NCBI GenBank assembly: GCA_963804955.1
Contig: CAWDSQ010000007.1
Coordinates: 448,001 to 512,000 of the forward strand
DNA: 64,000 nucleotides
Reading direction: 5' to 3'
Origin: an uncultured delta proteobacterium
GTDB lineage: Bacteria; Desulfobacterota; WTBG01; CAIYCZ01; CAIRTM01
Below the pieces are notes generated by a model. The model made no database searches and was not told the origin of the DNA. It saw only the letters and a list, made by a program, of their open reading frames with translations. The translations under genes and the position numbers were made by a program. Position 1 is the stretch's first letter, and every line of letters starts with the position of its first letter. Positions 21,728 through 32,661 of the stretch are shown here, one piece after another.

Positions 21728-22984
21728 ATGAATACCATGTCTCTACGAACGACACTACTTCTGGCCGGCGCCCTTGTTTTTCTCTGCACACTTGCTGCTC
21801 CTGCGCGGGGAGCAGAGGATGTGCGCGAAATCATCATCAAATTCAGGCCCGGCATTGCTGAGACGGCAAAAACCGCCCTGGCAAAAACCTGCGGCAGCCG
21901 CGAGCTGCGCACCTTCTACCGGGACCATTTCCGGGTGCTCACACTGCCCGCCGGAGCACCGATGAAGGCGGTTCTGGCACTGCTTGCCCGGCATCCGTCC
22001 ATCATGTATGCCGAGCCAAATTACAGGGTGCGCGCTTTCAGCACTCCTAATGATGAGAGTTACCCCCTGCAGTGGAACTTCCAGCTCATCAATATGGAAG
22101 CAGCCTGGGATACAAGCACCGGCGACGGCGTAACGGTGGCGGTGCTTGATTCGGGCATAAGCCCCTACGGAGATGACGGATTCGGAGACCGCCTGCTTGA
22201 GGGCTACAATGCCTTCCTCAACAGAGAAACCCGCTGGCAGGACTTTCACTCCCACGGTACCCATGTTGCCGGCACCATAGGCCAGCAGACCAATAACGAC
22301 GGAATAGGCGTTGCCGGCATCGCCCACAGCGCATGGATACTGCCGGTCAAGGCGCTCAACCGCTACGGATACGGGTCAAATGCCACGCTGGCCGCAGGCA
22401 TTCGCTGGGCCGTGGATAACGGCGCTGATATAATCAACATGAGCCTTGGCAGCTCAAGGGGCGGACGGGCGCTGCAGGAAGCCGTTGAATATGCCGATCA
22501 GCACGGTGTTGTTCTTGTGGCCGCAACCGGCAATGACGCAAGCGCAGACAACCTGACGCCGGTGAGCTATCCTGCTGCCTATGAGCAGGTTATCGCCGTC
22601 GGCGCCGTCGACGCGATGAAAAACCGGGCTTACTATTCAAACGGCGGCGACAAGCTTGACCTGGTTGCCCCGGGCGGCAGCCCGGATGACTTCAATGAGG
22701 ACGGCTACAGCGACGCCGTGATGCAGGAAACATTCAAGCTGTATGCCGGCTATCTCCGCCGCGCCCTCGACTGGGGGCTGTATTCAATGATGGGCACATC
22801 CATGGCAAGCCCGCATGTTGCGGGTGTTGCGGCACTGATAAAATCGCTGCATCCGGATTGGGGCCCTGATGAAATCAGGCAGGCCCTTATTGATACGGCT
22901 GAGGATCTCGGGGATCCGGGACGGGACGATGCCTTTGGCTACGGCCTTCTCGATGCGGCAGCAGCCCTGGCCTATACGCCCTAG
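21728..22984 (+). CDS. Secreted subtilisin-like S8 peptidase
   Basis: Signal peptide; [25 protein letters not shown] catalytic triad. Confidence 0.95.
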   Translation: MNTMSLRTTLLLAGALVFLCTLAAPARGAEDVREIIIKFRPGIAETAKTALAKTCGSRELRTFYRDHFRVLTLPAGAPMKAVLALLARHPSIMYAEPNYRVRAFSTPNDESYPLQWNFQLINMEAAWDTSTGDGVTVAVLDSGISPYGDDGFGDRLLEGYNAFLNRETRWQDFHSHGTHVAGTIGQQTNNDGIGVAGIAHSAWILPVKALNRYGYGSNATLAAGIRWAVDNGADIINMSLGSSRGGRALQEAVEYADQHGVVLVAATGNDASADNLTPVSYPAAYEQVIAVGAVDAMKNRAYYSNGGDKLDLVAPGGSPDDFNEDGYSDAVMQETFKLYAGYLRRALDWGLYSMMGTSMASPHVAGVAALIKSLHPDWGPDEIRQALIDTAEDLGDPGRDDAFGYGLLDAAAALAYTP

Positions 22985-23308
22985 AGTATTTTCTTTTTGC
23001 TAAAGCCCTGCTTGCTCATGGAGAGCTTGTGATTCTTTTGCCCGTGCTAAGTTCTCGCAGGAAAACGCAGCCCGGCAGGATGGTGTATCGCTCGAACCGC
23101 ACGGGCGGCTCTCACCACAAGCTCTCCCCGTGTCCCTGGCTATACCATTTCGAAAAACGCCCTGGCCGGAGCGGCAGCACCCCTGAGCAGACCACTCCCC
23201 CCTGTGTTTCCCTGCAAGCCTGATCGCCGGCCGCACCTCCCGCTTTTTTTTATTTGCACATTCCTCTCTTTTTATACTATAACTTCTACTATACTTCTAA
23301 GGCCCGCC

Positions 23309-25124
23309 ATGACCGCCACAGACATCAATGACATAGTGCCGTATCTTGAAAAAAATCCTGCCGTGCTGGAGCTTTTACGCAACCCGGCAAAACGCGGCAT
23401 ACTGCCCTTTCTGTGCAGCGATTACGAGCGCATTGCCTATCTGCTGGACAACCCCTGGATCGACCTTGAGCGGATTATCAGCATCGCCGACAGCGTCACG
23501 AACATTTCGCCCGATATCGGCGCCAATGAGCTGCTCAATATCCTGTGCAGGAACACGGCCCAGCTCATGAATGCAGACAGTGCGACCTGCCGCACCTGGG
23601 ACCCTACCCGCAAAAGCATGATAGCCGGAGGCTCCTACAACTGGACAGCCCAGCGCATGGAGGAAATAGACCAGGAAAATTCCATTGCCGGCTGGGTCAT
23701 ACGAACAAAAACGCCACTACTGCGTGCCCGACATCAGCTCCGAGCCTTTATACAGGGAAAAAGAAAAAATACTTGCACTGGGCATCAATTCCATGCTGGC
23801 CCTGCCCATTCAGCTTTTCGACTATGAAGGCGGCGAAAAGATGGAAGTGCTGGTGGGAACCCTGCAGCTGTACTTCAAAGAAAAAAACAAGGTTTTTTTT
23901 CCGCAGCAGATAAAGCTCATCAAAAGCGTCGTGAGCCGCTTCAGCTATGTGTTAGCCCAGAAGCGCAAGCAGGCTCTGCAGACCCGTGCGCAGATCATCC
24001 AGGAAAGCCGCAAGGCGCTTATTTCCATCATCAAGCGCACCAAGTCTCTGGACCAGGTGCTGAGCTCCCTTGTGGCAAAAATAGCCGAAACCATCAGCGT
24101 AAAGCGCTGCGCGCTGTTTTCCATAGAGCATGATACCGCGGGCTGCAATGTGGCGGTGCTCATCGCGGGCTACCCGCTTGAACCCTTTGCCCACCGCTAC
24201 GGCGTCACCCTCCCGTTTGCCGAACACCCCGCTTTTCAGGAGGTATGGATGACCGGCCAGCCCCTTCGCATCGACGATGCGCAGAGCGACCCGCGCATGA
24301 GCGCCACGAGCGACCTGTACCGCAACCGCAATATCCGCAATGTCTACTTCGTGCCCATCAAGGATGAAAATGAAGCGGTAACCAATGTGCTGGTGCTGGA
24401 CGGCGAAGAGGCAAACCCCATCGACAAGGATGACCTGTCCTTTTTTAACTCCCTCATTCAGGATATCGAGCTGTGCATCCAGGCCTCACTCCGGTCGCAG
24501 GAGCGCCACGATTTCTACAACCTCATGCTATCCTTCGGCGCGATTGCAAAAGTGTATGCCAAAAAGATAGCCTCGCCCGCGGCAGACCCCGATGAGATCA
24601 AAGGGCTCTACCGCAAGCTGTATACGAGCATGCTTGCCGTCAACGACATCATCACCGACCGCATCCCCTTTGCGCAGAAGGAAGTGTTCAACGTAAACGA
24701 GGTCATCGCCGAGCGGCTGGATGCCTACTACTTTCCGCCGCAGGTAGTGATTGAGCAGAACTTCGAAGGTTGGGAGCTGCCGATTTGCGCCGACAGAAAA
24801 AAGGTGGGCCGCATCGTGGGCAATCTCATTGATAATGCCCATCGCAAGCTCGAAGAGCTTCAAAAGGGCACGCTTAAAATTCAGCTGCACACCGAAGGCC
24901 CCTATGCCGTCATCGAAATCGGCAATACCGGCGGCATACCGCAGGAAGTCATGAAAAACTTTATGCAGGACAGCAGGCCTCTCCAGAGCGGCACGGGCGA
25001 CGACCGCGGTCAGGGACTGGCCATCGTCAAGCTTTTTACCGTCATGCACAACGGCATAGCCGAACTTGAAAGCCCCGCCGGGGCATACTGGACCACCTTT
25101 AGGATAAAACTACCCCTCCAATGA
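23309..25124 (+). CDS. Cytoplasmic GAF-GAF sensor histidine kinase (frameshift near 23715)
   Basis: Two GAF-like segments (SIAGWVI..VPDISSEP; QPLRIDDAQSDPR), ERHDF H-box, NLIDNA N-box, GQGLAIVK G2-box. Confidence 0.8.
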
Positions 25125-25137
25125 GAAAGGACCGATA

Positions 25138-26244
25138 ATGACCACACGCACCTATCAACTCAAAGCCGCGGGCCAGAGCCTGTGGCTTGACAACATCCAG
25201 CGCCGCGAACTGCACAACGGCGCGCTGCAGAAAATGATCGACACCGACGGTATCTGCGGCATCACCTCCAATCCCACCATATTTATGAATGCCGTATCAA
25301 AAAGCACAGACTATGACGATCAGATCAGGCTGCTGGCCGGCCAGGGCACAGCGCCCGAGGCTGTCTACCATGCGGTCACCGTGCAGGACATCCGCGACGC
25401 GGGCACACTGCTTCTTCCGGTATACGAGCAGACGGCGCACGTTGACGGTTTTGTGTCCATTGAGCTCAATCCGCAGCTTGCCTTCAAGGTTGAGGAGAGC
25501 ATCACCCAGGCCAGGGCTATCATAGCCGAAATAGGGCTGCCCAATATCATGATAAAAGTCCCCGGCACGAAAGAGGGGCTCATGGTGGTGCGGCAGCTGC
25601 TGACCGAGGGCATCAATGTAAATATCACCCTGCTGTTTGATCCGGAGCGGTACCGGCAGGTGGCGCAGACGTATATCGAGGCCCTCGAAGCCCGCATGCA
25701 GCAAGGCAAGCCCCTTGCCGATATTCACTCCGTGGCGAGCTTTTTCATCAGCCGCATCGACACCAAGGTTGACGGCCAGCTCGACAGGCTTTCGCCGGGC
25801 TCTCCCCTGCGCGGCAAGGCTGCCATACAGGTGGCAAAGGTCACCTATACGATCTTTAAGGAGCTTTTCTTCGGTGAGCGTTTCAAAAAAATTGCCGCAG
25901 CCGGCGGCCGCATCCAGCGCGTGCTCTGGGCAAGCACCGGCACCAAGGATCCAAACTACAGCGATGTCCTGTATGTCGACACACTCATCGGCCCGCACAC
26001 CATCAACACCCTGCCCCCGAAAACAATCGATGCCTTCCGCGATCATGGCATTGTTGCGCAGACCATTGAAACCGATATTGACAAAGCCTCCGGCACCCTT
26101 GCACAGATCGAAACAGCAGGGGTAAGCCTTACCAAAGTGTATGCCGAGCTTGAAGCCGAAGGAGTAAAGGCCTTTGAAACGTCATACCTTGATCTGCTGA
26201 AAGCCCTGGCAGACAAGGCAGGCGCCCTTGCAGGCGGCACCTGA
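25138..26244 (+). CDS. tal: Transaldolase
   Basis: SLWLD, GITSNPTIF, MIKVPGT, VNITLLF, SFFISRID, LWASTG.K, NTLP. Confidence 0.95.
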   Translation: MTTRTYQLKAAGQSLWLDNIQRRELHNGALQKMIDTDGICGITSNPTIFMNAVSKSTDYDDQIRLLAGQGTAPEAVYHAVTVQDIRDAGTLLLPVYEQTAHVDGFVSIELNPQLAFKVEESITQARAIIAEIGLPNIMIKVPGTKEGLMVVRQLLTEGINVNITLLFDPERYRQVAQTYIEALEARMQQGKPLADIHSVASFFISRIDTKVDGQLDRLSPGSPLRGKAAIQVAKVTYTIFKELFFGERFKKIAAAGGRIQRVLWASTGTKDPNYSDVLYVDTLIGPHTINTLPPKTIDAFRDHGIVAQTIETDIDKASGTLAQIETAGVSLTKVYAELEAEGVKAFETSYLDLLKALADKAGALAGGT

Positions 26245-26293
26245 TGCCCGGAAGGTAAAACCTGTTAGGTAACAGGGATAACCATCCATATGC

Positions 26294-26330
26294 AATGAGG
26301 CGGCAAAAAAAACCTGCCGCCTCATTTTTT
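26294..26330 (+). terminator. Terminator after tal
   Basis: AATGAGGCGGCA..TGCCGCCTCATT followed by a T-run. Confidence 0.8.
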
Positions 26331-26460
26331 AATTTTTCCAAGAGCGAGTTTTAAAAGCTAAAAACAATGCCTGTGTCATTTTCCGTCAGCCGTGGCGGAT
26401 CAAGATGGCAGACAGTATGAGCCTTGTATACTAAAAATACTGTGACTTCTGTTCTGCGAC

Positions 26461-26625
26461 TTACTCTTTGAAATTTTTTGCTATTTTAAAGCCCATGCCG
26501 CATTTGGGGCAGTTGACAGTGGATGGCTTTTTCGTTACCTCGACCAGGGCTCCGCAATCTCTGCAGGTGATGCGTGCTTTGATCGAGACGGCCACTGATT
26601 TCTTGTTTTTTTTTGCTTCAGCCAT
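26461..26625 (-). CDS. 54-aa basic zinc-ribbon protein (below the ORF-track cut-off)
   Basis: MAEAKKNKKSVAVSIKARITCRDCGALVEVTKKPSTVNCPKCGMGFKIAKNFKE*; AAGGGG RBS. Confidence 0.7.
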   Translation of the reverse strand: MAEAKKNKKSVAVSIKARITCRDCGALVEVTKKPSTVNCPKCGMGFKIAKNFKE

Positions 26626-26876
26626 GGCAGCCCCTTTCCCGGTTACAAACCTTTACCGCATGAAAGGCTTCGCCTTTTCATGCTTCCTGAACGGTCAAAC
26701 GATTCACTGACAGGGCCTGTTTTTTAAACTATGCCCGCTTTACCGAAACACTGCCTCGGAAACCCCACAAAAGAGGGAACGAAAAAAATCCCCCTTTAGC
26801 AACGGGGGATAAAAAGGCAAACATCAATTAAATCAATATTACCCACCGGGATCCCCCGCCTTGTAAGCGGGAAGCT

Positions 26877-27963
26877 TTACTGCCCCACAAGAAAGTGCAT
26901 ATTCTTCAGGCACTGATCCATATGGCGCATCATGTCTTCGGTTTTATTCCGGTACAGCTCATGCGCATCGCCGCCGGTCTTGATTGCCTGCGCGATGGCC
27001 AGACCTGCCCGGTAGCCCGAGTCTATGGCAGCGCTGATGCCCTCACCGTTTAAGTAGACAAAGCCCGCTGCCTCGCCGGTCAGCAGCACCCGGCCTGCGC
27101 CGAGATTCGGCGGCAGTTGCCGTACTGCGCAGCCCTCAACGCGGTCGATTTCACCAGTGGCCACCTGAAACCGGTCGGCAAGAAACTGTTTGAACACAAC
27201 CATGCCGGCCCGGATATCCCGCCCGCGCAAGCCGCCCACGCACAGCGTCAGCAGGTCATCCTTGCGATGGACGCAGCACAAAATGTCGCCCACCGACGGC
27301 TCGAAAAACACATACCAGTGGCCTTTGCGCAGCGTGCCCGTGCTTCCAATCCGGCAATACTCCTGGTAGATAACCACATCGCCGGAATTGCCGCGCCACT
27401 GCTCATCCATAAAGCCCCGCACCGTGGAGCCGCAGCCGTCGGCGCCGACAAGATACGTGCACCCAAGCTCCTGCTGCGGTTCTTTTTGAGCGCCGGGCTC
27501 CATCGTTTTGGGCTCTTTCCGGAAAACCGACAGACGGATATGTGTCGCCGTCCTGTGTCATTGACCGCACAGAGCAGTTTTCTCGAACCTCTGCTTCGCT
27601 TTGCTGCACAAGCCAGCGGTCGAACCTGCTGCGCCAGATATTTAAATAGACCGGCGGAAATTCCTGCCCGTCTTTACCCGTCTCCCAGACATAGTTGAGG
27701 AAGCCTTTGTCTCTGTTCCACTCATGGATATGTTCGGCCGGAATCTCCCTGGGGGTGCAGTACACATCCTGCGGCGGCAGCCCGCCGAAATATCTGTCCA
27801 GCAGAACCTGTGTCTGGCCGAAAAGCACGCCAGAGCATATTTTGTTGCGGGGCAGTTTTTCTTTTTCGATAATGAGGACGTCAATGCCGGCCTTGCGCAG
27901 CGCCTTGGCGCATGCTGCGCCTGAAGGCCCCGCCCCCACAACTATGACCTGATGCTCTTCCAT
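26877..27963 (-). CDS. Geranylgeranyl-reductase-family FAD-dependent oxidoreductase (frameshifted)
   Basis: VIVVGAGPSG, PRNKICSG, RSRFDRWL, LVGADGCGS, GEAAG..GEGIS.AIDSG. Confidence 0.85.
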
Positions 27964-28091
27964 GACCGATGCTCCTTTTCCATGCAAAATAAATTTCTGC
28001 TATGCCTGCGCAGCGCCGGTTTAAGCTCTGCCGCTGCATGTATGCTCTTTAAAGATTCCTCGCCGATACCGGCTTTCTGGCCAAAACTTCT

Positions 28092-28731
28092 TCAATATGC
28101 TCTGAAATCTCCTTCATCGCCTGCGTCACGGGCTTGTAATAGCAGTGATCGAACAGCCGCTCCGTCAAGCCGGTCCGATGGAGTGAGATTACACAGAATC
28201 TTCATTCCCGTAAAGCCGGAAATTATGCGGTCAACGGGCACCACAAAACCGGATGTGCCCAGGGCAACAAAACAGTCCTCTGACCTAAGGCCGGCTGCTT
28301 CCTCATGCATATCGGCATAGCGCGGCGCCATTTCATTGAACAGCACCACATGGGGCTTGACGGCAAGGCTTGCGCAGGCCAGCGCCGCTGAAGGGGACGG
28401 CCATAGCCGATATTGCCGTACAGCCAGTAAGGCCTTCACATTTGCAAATTAACTGTGTGCAGTCACTCGCTCGAGCAGGTGTCCACATTCTGCGGATGAG
28501 CACAATCAGGCCGGCCGTAGGCTTACTGAGAGGGCAAGATCCCCGGCGGCATTGGCCGGCGTGCGAGCATCCGCGAAACTCGTTAAAAACTGAACGCTGC
28601 GGTTCTGTCGAAGGTGAAGAGTTCCGGACAAGCTCGTCGAACTGTAGCGCTCCCACTGGTGGCACGTACGCGAAGATTGTATCTCACTTTCGCGCACAAA
28701 CCTGCGCCGCTAAAATGACAGCCTTTGCCAC
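28092..28731 (-). pseudogene. cobB: Badly disrupted sirtuin (NAD-dependent deacylase)
   Basis: Fragments across frames: VI.SGAGL.AES, QNVDT, VKPHVVLFNEMAP, ALGTSG.V.P; many small deletions. Confidence 0.65.
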
Positions 28732-29271
28732 CGCTATGTGAAAGACCCGGTCAAAAAAAGGATTTTTCGAGCTTGCGCTCAAAGGTATGCCGTGGGCCAC
28801 GACCACATCCGCAGGCAGCATGCCGAAATGCAGCATGGCATAGCCGATAGAATACATGATGCGCGTATCAACCCGCCGGTCTGCGGCCACTGCCACGGCC
28901 GAGCCGATGGCTATGCCCAGATCATTCATGGAAATTGCGCACCGGCCCCTGCCCGATTGCTCCTTTTCCCTGCAGTCGGCAAATCCGCAGAACCCGCACT
29001 GTTTGAGCCCGAGCGGCATGTCGCGCGCGCCGAGCACCACGATGCACTCAGCCTTCAGTATGTCATCGCCGTTGATCATGAAAACCGGGCCATCGGTTTG
29101 CTCAAAAAGCTCCAGCATCTTGTCGTGCAGGCCGGGTATCTCGGCTTTGGTGAGGATACAGGCAAAAAGATTGTCTACCCCCTTGCCTTTGGGCGCTGTG
29201 CGCGCCGCTATCACCATGGCGCGGGCCACCTCCAACAGCCCGGCTTCCCTGATTTCCTGTTCAAGCATCAT
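28684..29271 (-). CDS. DUF2148 ferredoxin-domain protein (true stop probably at 28734)
   Basis: AARTAPKGKG.D, CGFCGFADC, DLGIAIGSA, VDTRIMYSIG, GIPLSASSKNPFFDR. Confidence 0.85.
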   Translation of the reverse strand: MMLEQEIREAGLLEVARAMVIAARTAPKGKGVDNLFACILTKAEIPGLHDKMLELFEQTDGPVFMINGDDILKAECIVVLGARDMPLGLKQCGFCGFADCREKEQSGRGRCAISMNDLGIAIGSAVAVAADRRVDTRIMYSIGYAMLHFGMLPADVVVAHGIPLSASSKNPFFDRVFHIAVAKAVILAAQVCARK

Positions 29272-29311
29272 GGCATATCTCCTTACATAATGGATCGACA
29301 ACCTTAAATAA

Positions 29312-29470
29312 AGCAGAATTCAGGAGTCAGAATTCAGAATGGAAGACATATAAAGATCTCCAAAAAATATTCTCCCAACTCCAGGGCAGACACGCAGGTC
29401 TGCCCCTACTCTCGAAATCCTCTTGAACTCCTGAATTCCTGGATTCTGGATTCTGGATTCTGATTCTCTT
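29312..29470. repeat. Inverted 7-mer tandem repeat blocks flanking a GTAG-type REP
   Basis: CAGAATT/CAGGAGT runs at 29312-29340; CTGGATT runs at 29425-29467; AGGGCAGACACGCAGGTCTGCCCCTAC at 29383-29409. Confidence 0.7.
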
Positions 29471-29604
29471 TATGCTGTTTGATACCCTGAAACAGCTGCA
29501 GGGTCAAGTAGATTGCCGCATCTGGCGGCATTTTCAGCGCCCTGCAGTCCAGCCTGTTGATTGACATGCGTGCAGAGGCTGTGCTAAAAGTAAACCAAAG
29601 GAGT

Positions 29605-30429
29605 ATGATGAAGCTTGCTGAAATACGTGATATTCTCAACGCGGAGGTGTATACCGGCCATGAGCGTCTCGGCCTTGAGGTAAAAACCGCCTTCAGCGCC
29701 GATCTCATGAGCGATGTTCTGGCATTCGCCCAGCCCGGCGGCCTGCTCATTACCGGGGTCACCAATGCCCAGTGCGTGCGCACGGCATTTGCCCTGGACA
29801 TAGCGGCCATAGTCATCTGCCGCGGCAAAAAACCGCTGCCCGAGGCCGTTGAAATGGCGATCGAGCTTGGCATACCGATCCTTGCCACGGCCTATATCAT
29901 GTTTGAAACCTGCGGCCGGCTTTTTCAGAACGGTATGGTCACGTGCGGGCCTGTCGAAAAAACCGGCAACGCGAATATCTCGGAGGGCACTGCGCATTTC
30001 AAAAGCGGCCACAAGGTGCAGGGCCGCAATTTCACCGAAGCGGGCCGCGCGGCAAATGAAATAAAAAAGTCGCTGCGCAGCCAGGGCATACCCGAAGAAA
30101 TCGTTCGGCGCGTAGCTGTCGTTGCCTTCGAGTCTGAAGTAAACATAATCTCGTATGCCGATCACGGCACGATCTTCTGTTATGTATCACCGGAGCAGAT
30201 ATCCCTCGAAGCGATAGACCGCGGTCAGGGCATACCCGATATCGATCTTGCCATGCAGGAGGGCTACTCAACGGCCGACGACACCATCAGAGCCCTGGGC
30301 TTCGGCGCCGGCATGGGCCTGGCAAACATAAAACGATTTTCAGACACCTTTGAAATTTCTTCAGAGGTCGACAAGGGAACCTATCTGCGCAGCATCATCA
30401 ACAGGCATAATGACATAAAGGAAACATAG
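29605..30429 (+). CDS. DRTGG domain fused to an RsbT/RsbW-like ATP-binding Ser/Thr kinase
   Basis: SADLMSDVLAF..LLITG (DRTGG); AG.AA..IKK.L, D.GQGIPDI.LAMQEGYST, GFGAGMGL.NIK. Confidence 0.85.
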   Translation: MMKLAEIRDILNAEVYTGHERLGLEVKTAFSADLMSDVLAFAQPGGLLITGVTNAQCVRTAFALDIAAIVICRGKKPLPEAVEMAIELGIPILATAYIMFETCGRLFQNGMVTCGPVEKTGNANISEGTAHFKSGHKVQGRNFTEAGRAANEIKKSLRSQGIPEEIVRRVAVVAFESEVNIISYADHGTIFCYVSPEQISLEAIDRGQGIPDIDLAMQEGYSTADDTIRALGFGAGMGLANIKRFSDTFEISSEVDKGTYLRSIINRHNDIKET

Positions 30430-30431
30430 CC

Positions 30432-30767
30432 ATGGACGTACAAAGCATCGTCAAAGAGCTTCAGCTTTCGGTAAAGTGCCGGCCCGACCGCCTCGGCGCG
30501 GAAGTGACCGGCGGGTTTGCGGGCGACCTGCTGAGCGATGTCATGGCCAACAGCGCCGCCGGTCATCTCTGGATCACCCGGCAGACGCATCAGAACATCA
30601 TCGCCGTGGCATCCCTCAAAGACCATGCCGGCATCATCATCGTGCAGGGAGCCGAACCCGAAGCCGACACTCTTGAAAAGGCCGCGGCCGAAGGCATCCC
30701 CGTCATGGCAAGCACACTGCAGGCTTTTGAGCTTGTGGGCAAAATATACCGGCTGCTGGACCGCTGA
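30432..30767 (+). CDS. DRTGG-domain protein
   Basis: VTGGFAGDLLSDVMANS..WITRQTHQNIIAVASL. Confidence 0.9.
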   Translation: MDVQSIVKELQLSVKCRPDRLGAEVTGGFAGDLLSDVMANSAAGHLWITRQTHQNIIAVASLKDHAGIIIVQGAEPEADTLEKAAAEGIPVMASTLQAFELVGKIYRLLDR

Positions 30768-30796
30768 ACGCATCCCCCTTTTTACCGAGAGCAGGC

Positions 30797-31543
30797 ATGG
30801 CCCGACTCTATACATGTGATCTGCATAACCACACCTGCCTTTCGCCCTGCGCACGGCTCGATATGCACCCGAAAGCTCTCGTGGCGGCATGCCTTGCCCG
30901 GGGGCTTGACATTGTGGCGATCACCGATCACAATGCATCGGAAAACATTGTCCATGTCATGCAGGCAGCCCGTGACACCCCACTTGTCGTGATCCCCGGC
31001 ATGGAGGTGACCACAAAAGAAGAGGCTCATGTGCTGGCTCTGTTCGCAAGCCTTGAAGCTGTAGCACTGTTTCAGGAAATAATTTACAGCCGCCTGCCCG
31101 GCGATAACGACGAGCGCCGCTTCGGCTGCCAGCCCATCGTCAATGATCGGGAAGAGGTTGAAGCCTTCAATCCGCATCTTTTATTCAGCACAACAGACAT
31201 CACTCTCAATGAAGTTGCCGGACATATCCACAGCCTGGGCGGCATTGTTATAGCCTCCCACATCGACCGCTCATTTTTCAGCGTCGTCAGCCAGCTCGGC
31301 TGTGTGCCTGAAAGCGCGGGCTTTAACGGGCTTGAAATATCAGCAGCCCTTGGCATAGCCGGCGGCAGGCGCCGTTTCCCCGGTCTTTCACAGTACACGT
31401 TCATCACCTCATCGGATGCCCACTGCCTGAACGACGTGGGGCGCTCCTGCACCATAATGTATCTCGAAAGTCCGTGCTTTGCAGAAATACAGCTCGCCCT
31501 TGCCCGTATGGACGGACGATATGTTGCGGAAAGCCGGCCATGA
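30797..31543 (+). CDS. PHP-domain phosphoesterase
   Basis: DLHNHTCLSPC, AITDHN, PGMEVTT.EEAH, ASHIDR, SSDAH. Confidence 0.9.
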   Translation: MARLYTCDLHNHTCLSPCARLDMHPKALVAACLARGLDIVAITDHNASENIVHVMQAARDTPLVVIPGMEVTTKEEAHVLALFASLEAVALFQEIIYSRLPGDNDERRFGCQPIVNDREEVEAFNPHLLFSTTDITLNEVAGHIHSLGGIVIASHIDRSFFSVVSQLGCVPESAGFNGLEISAALGIAGGRRRFPGLSQYTFITSSDAHCLNDVGRSCTIMYLESPCFAEIQLALARMDGRYVAESRP

Positions 31544-32086
31544 AGGAGCTTGCGCTGCATATTCTTGACCTTGCCGAAAACGCCCTGCGCGCGGGAGCAA
31601 CGAAGCTTGATATCACCATAGAGCGCGACGAGACTGCCGACACCCTCACTGTTTTCATCTCCGACAACGGCCGGGGCATGTCCCCTGAAGCTCTGGCCCG
31701 CGTGTCCGACCCGTTCTATACGACAAAAAAAACCCGGCGTACAGGCCTTGGCATACCGCTTGCAGCCCATGCCGCTCAGCATGGCAGGCGGCTCATTTTC
31801 CATCACATCGCAGGAGGGACTGGGCACCTGCATTACCGCTGTGTTTCAGTACAGCCATATCGACCGGCAGCCGCTGGGGGATGTGGCCGGCACAGTTGCC
31901 GCCCTGCTGCTTGCCAGCCCCGATATCGAGCTGCGCTTTGTCTGCCGATCAGGCGCCGGCGAATACATTTTTGACACCAGACTGCTGCGCGAGCAGCTTG
32001 AAGGCGTGCCGCTAAATCATGTTGCAGTTTTGTCTGTTCTGCGGGATAATATAATGAAAAATGTTCGTGAGGTATGCGGTTCATGA
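31540..32086 (+). CDS. HATPase_c (histidine-kinase-like) ATP-binding protein (frameshift near 31770)
   Basis: MKELALHILDLAEN..RAGA, DNGRGM, DPFYTT, GLGIPL, SHIDRQPLGD. Confidence 0.85.
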
Positions 32087-32126
32087 GTCGCGGTGCGAGG
32101 ATGTAACCAGAGCAAAGGAGAAGAAC

Positions 32127-32499
32127 ATGGCAGAGACAAAAATAGTACTTGTGATTGACGACGATCCCGATATTATTGAAACCGTACACACGATACTGTC
32201 GGCCAAAGGCTACGTCGTCATCTCGGCATCCAGCGGCAAACAGGGCTTTGAAATTGTTCAGAAGACAAACCCGGATCTGGTTTTGTGCGATATGATGATG
32301 GAAGCCATCGACTCGGGCATGCAGACCGCCCAGCAGATCAAGCAGGTACAACAGCGAGATACCCGTGTTTCTTTTAAGCAGCATCGCCGAAACGACGGCC
32401 GCGACAACGCAGATCCGCGAGCTTGGCTTTATCGGCATTATTCAGAAGCCCGTCGAGCCTGCACGGCTTTTGAGCATTGTACAGAGCATCATCGGCTGA
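32127..32499 (+). CDS. Single-domain response regulator (frameshift near 32350)
   Basis: VLVIDDD, PDLVLCDMMME; IIQKPVEP in the shifted frame; AAGGAG RBS. Confidence 0.85.
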
Positions 32500-32532
32500 A
32501 ACCGCCCGGCAGCCTGTATAAAGGCCAACATA

Positions 32533-32566
32533 CAAAAACCGCGCTTTGCAGCAGCGCGGTTTTTGC
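32533..32566. terminator. Bidirectional terminator
   Basis: CAAAAACCGCGCT-loop-AGCGCGGTTTTTG. Confidence 0.75.
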
Positions 32567-32661
32567 TTTCTCTTTATTGTCTTCAGAGAACCATCGCCTA
32601 TGGCTATAGTTCCCTGAAAAAAGCAACTTCAATACAGCATGTTTTTTGACTTCGTCAATGC

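Noticed and set aside
26342..26466. A fifth GAGC-ended MITE
   Set aside because: The ends (GAGCGAGT and ACTTACTC) match too poorly to call.
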